Of a DNA stretch of 64,000 nucleotides, positions 62,105 through 64,000 are shown in pieces. The stretch covers positions 148,802,001 to 148,866,000 of the forward strand of contig CM059431.1 of the NCBI GenBank assembly GCA_030390025.1, read 5' to 3'. The notes below the pieces were generated by a model. It had not been told where the DNA came from. It made no database searches and was given only the letters and a program-made list of their open reading frames with translations. The stretch is from Squalus acanthias. Lineage: Eukaryota. The translations under genes were made by a program, and so were the position numbers. How positions within the stretch are numbered: position 1 is the first letter of the stretch; every line of letters starts with the position of its first letter.

Positions 62105-62425
62105 TTTATAGAAATAATAGCTGGATACAAAGACTTAGCAGGGACACCGACGGTAGCGAGGTGGTGTGTGGAGAGTAATTAACAGAGACTTACCAGGAAC
62201 ACCAAAAGCAGCGAGGATGTGCAAGTCTTTTTAAAGAACAACTATTGCATCAACAAAGATGCAACAACTTAAAACACAGAATACCAAAAATAACTGAGGA
62301 TGGCATCGTAAATAGCAAGAATAATATTACAGTGTAACATAGTTTATAGAATTAATAACTGGACATAGACACTTACTAGAAACACTAACAGCAGCGAGAA
62401 GGGGATAGTAAACCTTTGGTAAACC
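62105..62425 (-). pseudogene. Decayed exon-1 3' ends with splice donors, copy B
   Basis: LATVGVP-G|CTAAGT, ILAAFGVP-G|GTAAGT (~62194), VYYPLLAAVSVS-A|GTAAGT (62377). Confidence 0.72.
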
Positions 62426-64000
62426 CTCCCCTCCCCTTTCAGCATTCCGAAGGAAACGCTCCCTCCAGAACACCCTGCTCCACTCCTCAATCACTCACAA
62501 CAGCGCCTTCCCTCCCTACGGTACCTTCCCGTGTAAGTGCAGGAGATGCAACACCTGTCGTTTGACGTCCTCCCTTCCCAATGTCCAGGGCCCCAAACAA
62601 TCCTTCCAAGTGAAAAAGCGATTTACTTGTACTTCTTGCAATATTGTATAAGGACATAAGATCAGAAGAAATAGGAGCAGGAGTAGGCCATTTGACCCCT
62701 CGAGCCTGCTACTCTATTTAATGAGATCATGACTGATCTGATCTTGGGATCAGCTCCAATTCCCTGCCCGCTCTCCATAATCTTCACTCCCTTATTGTTC
62801 AAAAATCTGTCTATCTCCACCTTAAATATATTCAATGAACCAGCCTCCAAAGTTCTCTGGGGCAGAGAGTTCCACAGATTCCATACCATCTCAGGGAAGA
62901 AATTCCTCCGCATCTCAGTTTTAAATCGGCGACTGTATTCGCTGCTGACGATGCCGTCTCCTCTACACTGGGGAGAACAAACGTAGATTGGGTGATCGGT
63001 TTGCGGAACACTTCTGTTCAGTCCGTAACCTTGACCCCGAGCTTCTGCATGCCTGTCACATTAATTATCTGGTCCCCTCCCACTCTGACCTCTCTGTCAT
63101 CGAATTCTTACAGTGTTCCAATGAAGCTCAATTTAAGCTCGAGGAACAGCACTTCATCTTTCTATTCGGGACTTTACAGACTTCTGGACTCAACATTGAG
63201 TTCCTCATTTCAGACCATAAACAAGGCCTCTATTATTTTCAGACAGCAGCTGTTGATATTTCTCCCATCCCCATTTGCAACAATTAACCACTCCTGCCTT
63301 CCACCCTGTCACAGACCTTCCCTTTCCTTCCTTCCTCCCATACTCCCTTTCCTTGCCCCTGCACCTGCTTTAAATCAGCGACGTCTCTAACTTTTTCCAG
63401 TGCTGACTAAGTGTCACAGACCTGGAACGGTAATACTGTTTCTCTCTCCACGGATGCTGCCTGACATGCTGAGTGTTTTTTTTACATTTTCTTTTTATTA
63501 TTCCAGAGTACTCTTGTTAACTGCCACTGTTCAAGAATAATTTCCGTCGAGATCCTCGAGCCCACAACATCCCTTTTTTGAGCGGCTGGTGATCTTTGTT
63601 CTGGACGCAACGCGCTGATTGTGTGAGGTCACAGAGTGAACTGTGCTCCTAATTTAGAGCAGAGGGATTTCCCCTAGTGACATCATTAGGCCTCACTGTT
63701 ATTGGCATTAATTACATTCATTGAACAAACAGACTCATTGATCCATTATCACCCCAACATTTCACTGCAACACAATCCAGCTCACATTATGCACGACATT
63801 TCATCCTTCCACAGTCCAGGAATTTAATTCCCAGGGCTGCTTAGATTAAACTGTTACTGCCTCAGTCCAGGAACTTAATTCCCACAGCTGCCTATATTAC
63901 ACTGCTCCCGCCTAATTCCTGGAGTTTCATTCCACGGCCAGCATGATTACACTGCTCCCACCTCATAACAGGAATTAAATTACTTGCTCCGCCTAGATTA

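Larger units (their letters stand above)
58321..64000 (+). repeat. Segmental duplicate of 1-~5730
   Basis: Colinear SINE, 27-bp array, GPCR exon, intron, Penelope/CR1 insertions and 51-bp repeat. Confidence 0.95.

Overview
Repeat-dense vertebrate DNA. The repeat families and the GPR139-like receptor cluster point to a cartilaginous fish (inference). Host genes: (1) two minus-strand paralogous GPR139-like class A GPCR terminal exons (1307-2208 and 59513-60414) inside a segmental duplication offset by ~58.3 kb; (2) an intact matching first coding exon far away at 30760-30940, while the exon 1 closest to each copy has been split by a Penelope insertion; (3) one orphan ABCG-transporter-like exon (39918-40136). 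The rest is nested CR1 LINEs (one with a fully open 983-aa ORF2), Penelope GIY-YIG fragments, tRNA-derived SINEs and at least eight minisatellite families. The standout is a complete 9.1-kb LTR element at 47021-56128. It has ~1.6-kb TG...CA LTRs, a 4-bp TSD, a tRNA-Arg PBS and a PPT. It encodes a Gag with a CCHC knuckle, has no recognisable pol (replaced by an open chimeric ORF carrying a second, diverged Gag coiled-coil), and has a decayed Env made of a signal peptide, an Ig-like domain and an F-protein-like class I fusogen. All calls are by-eye; no searches were run, and repeat boundaries are approximate unless a TSD is given.
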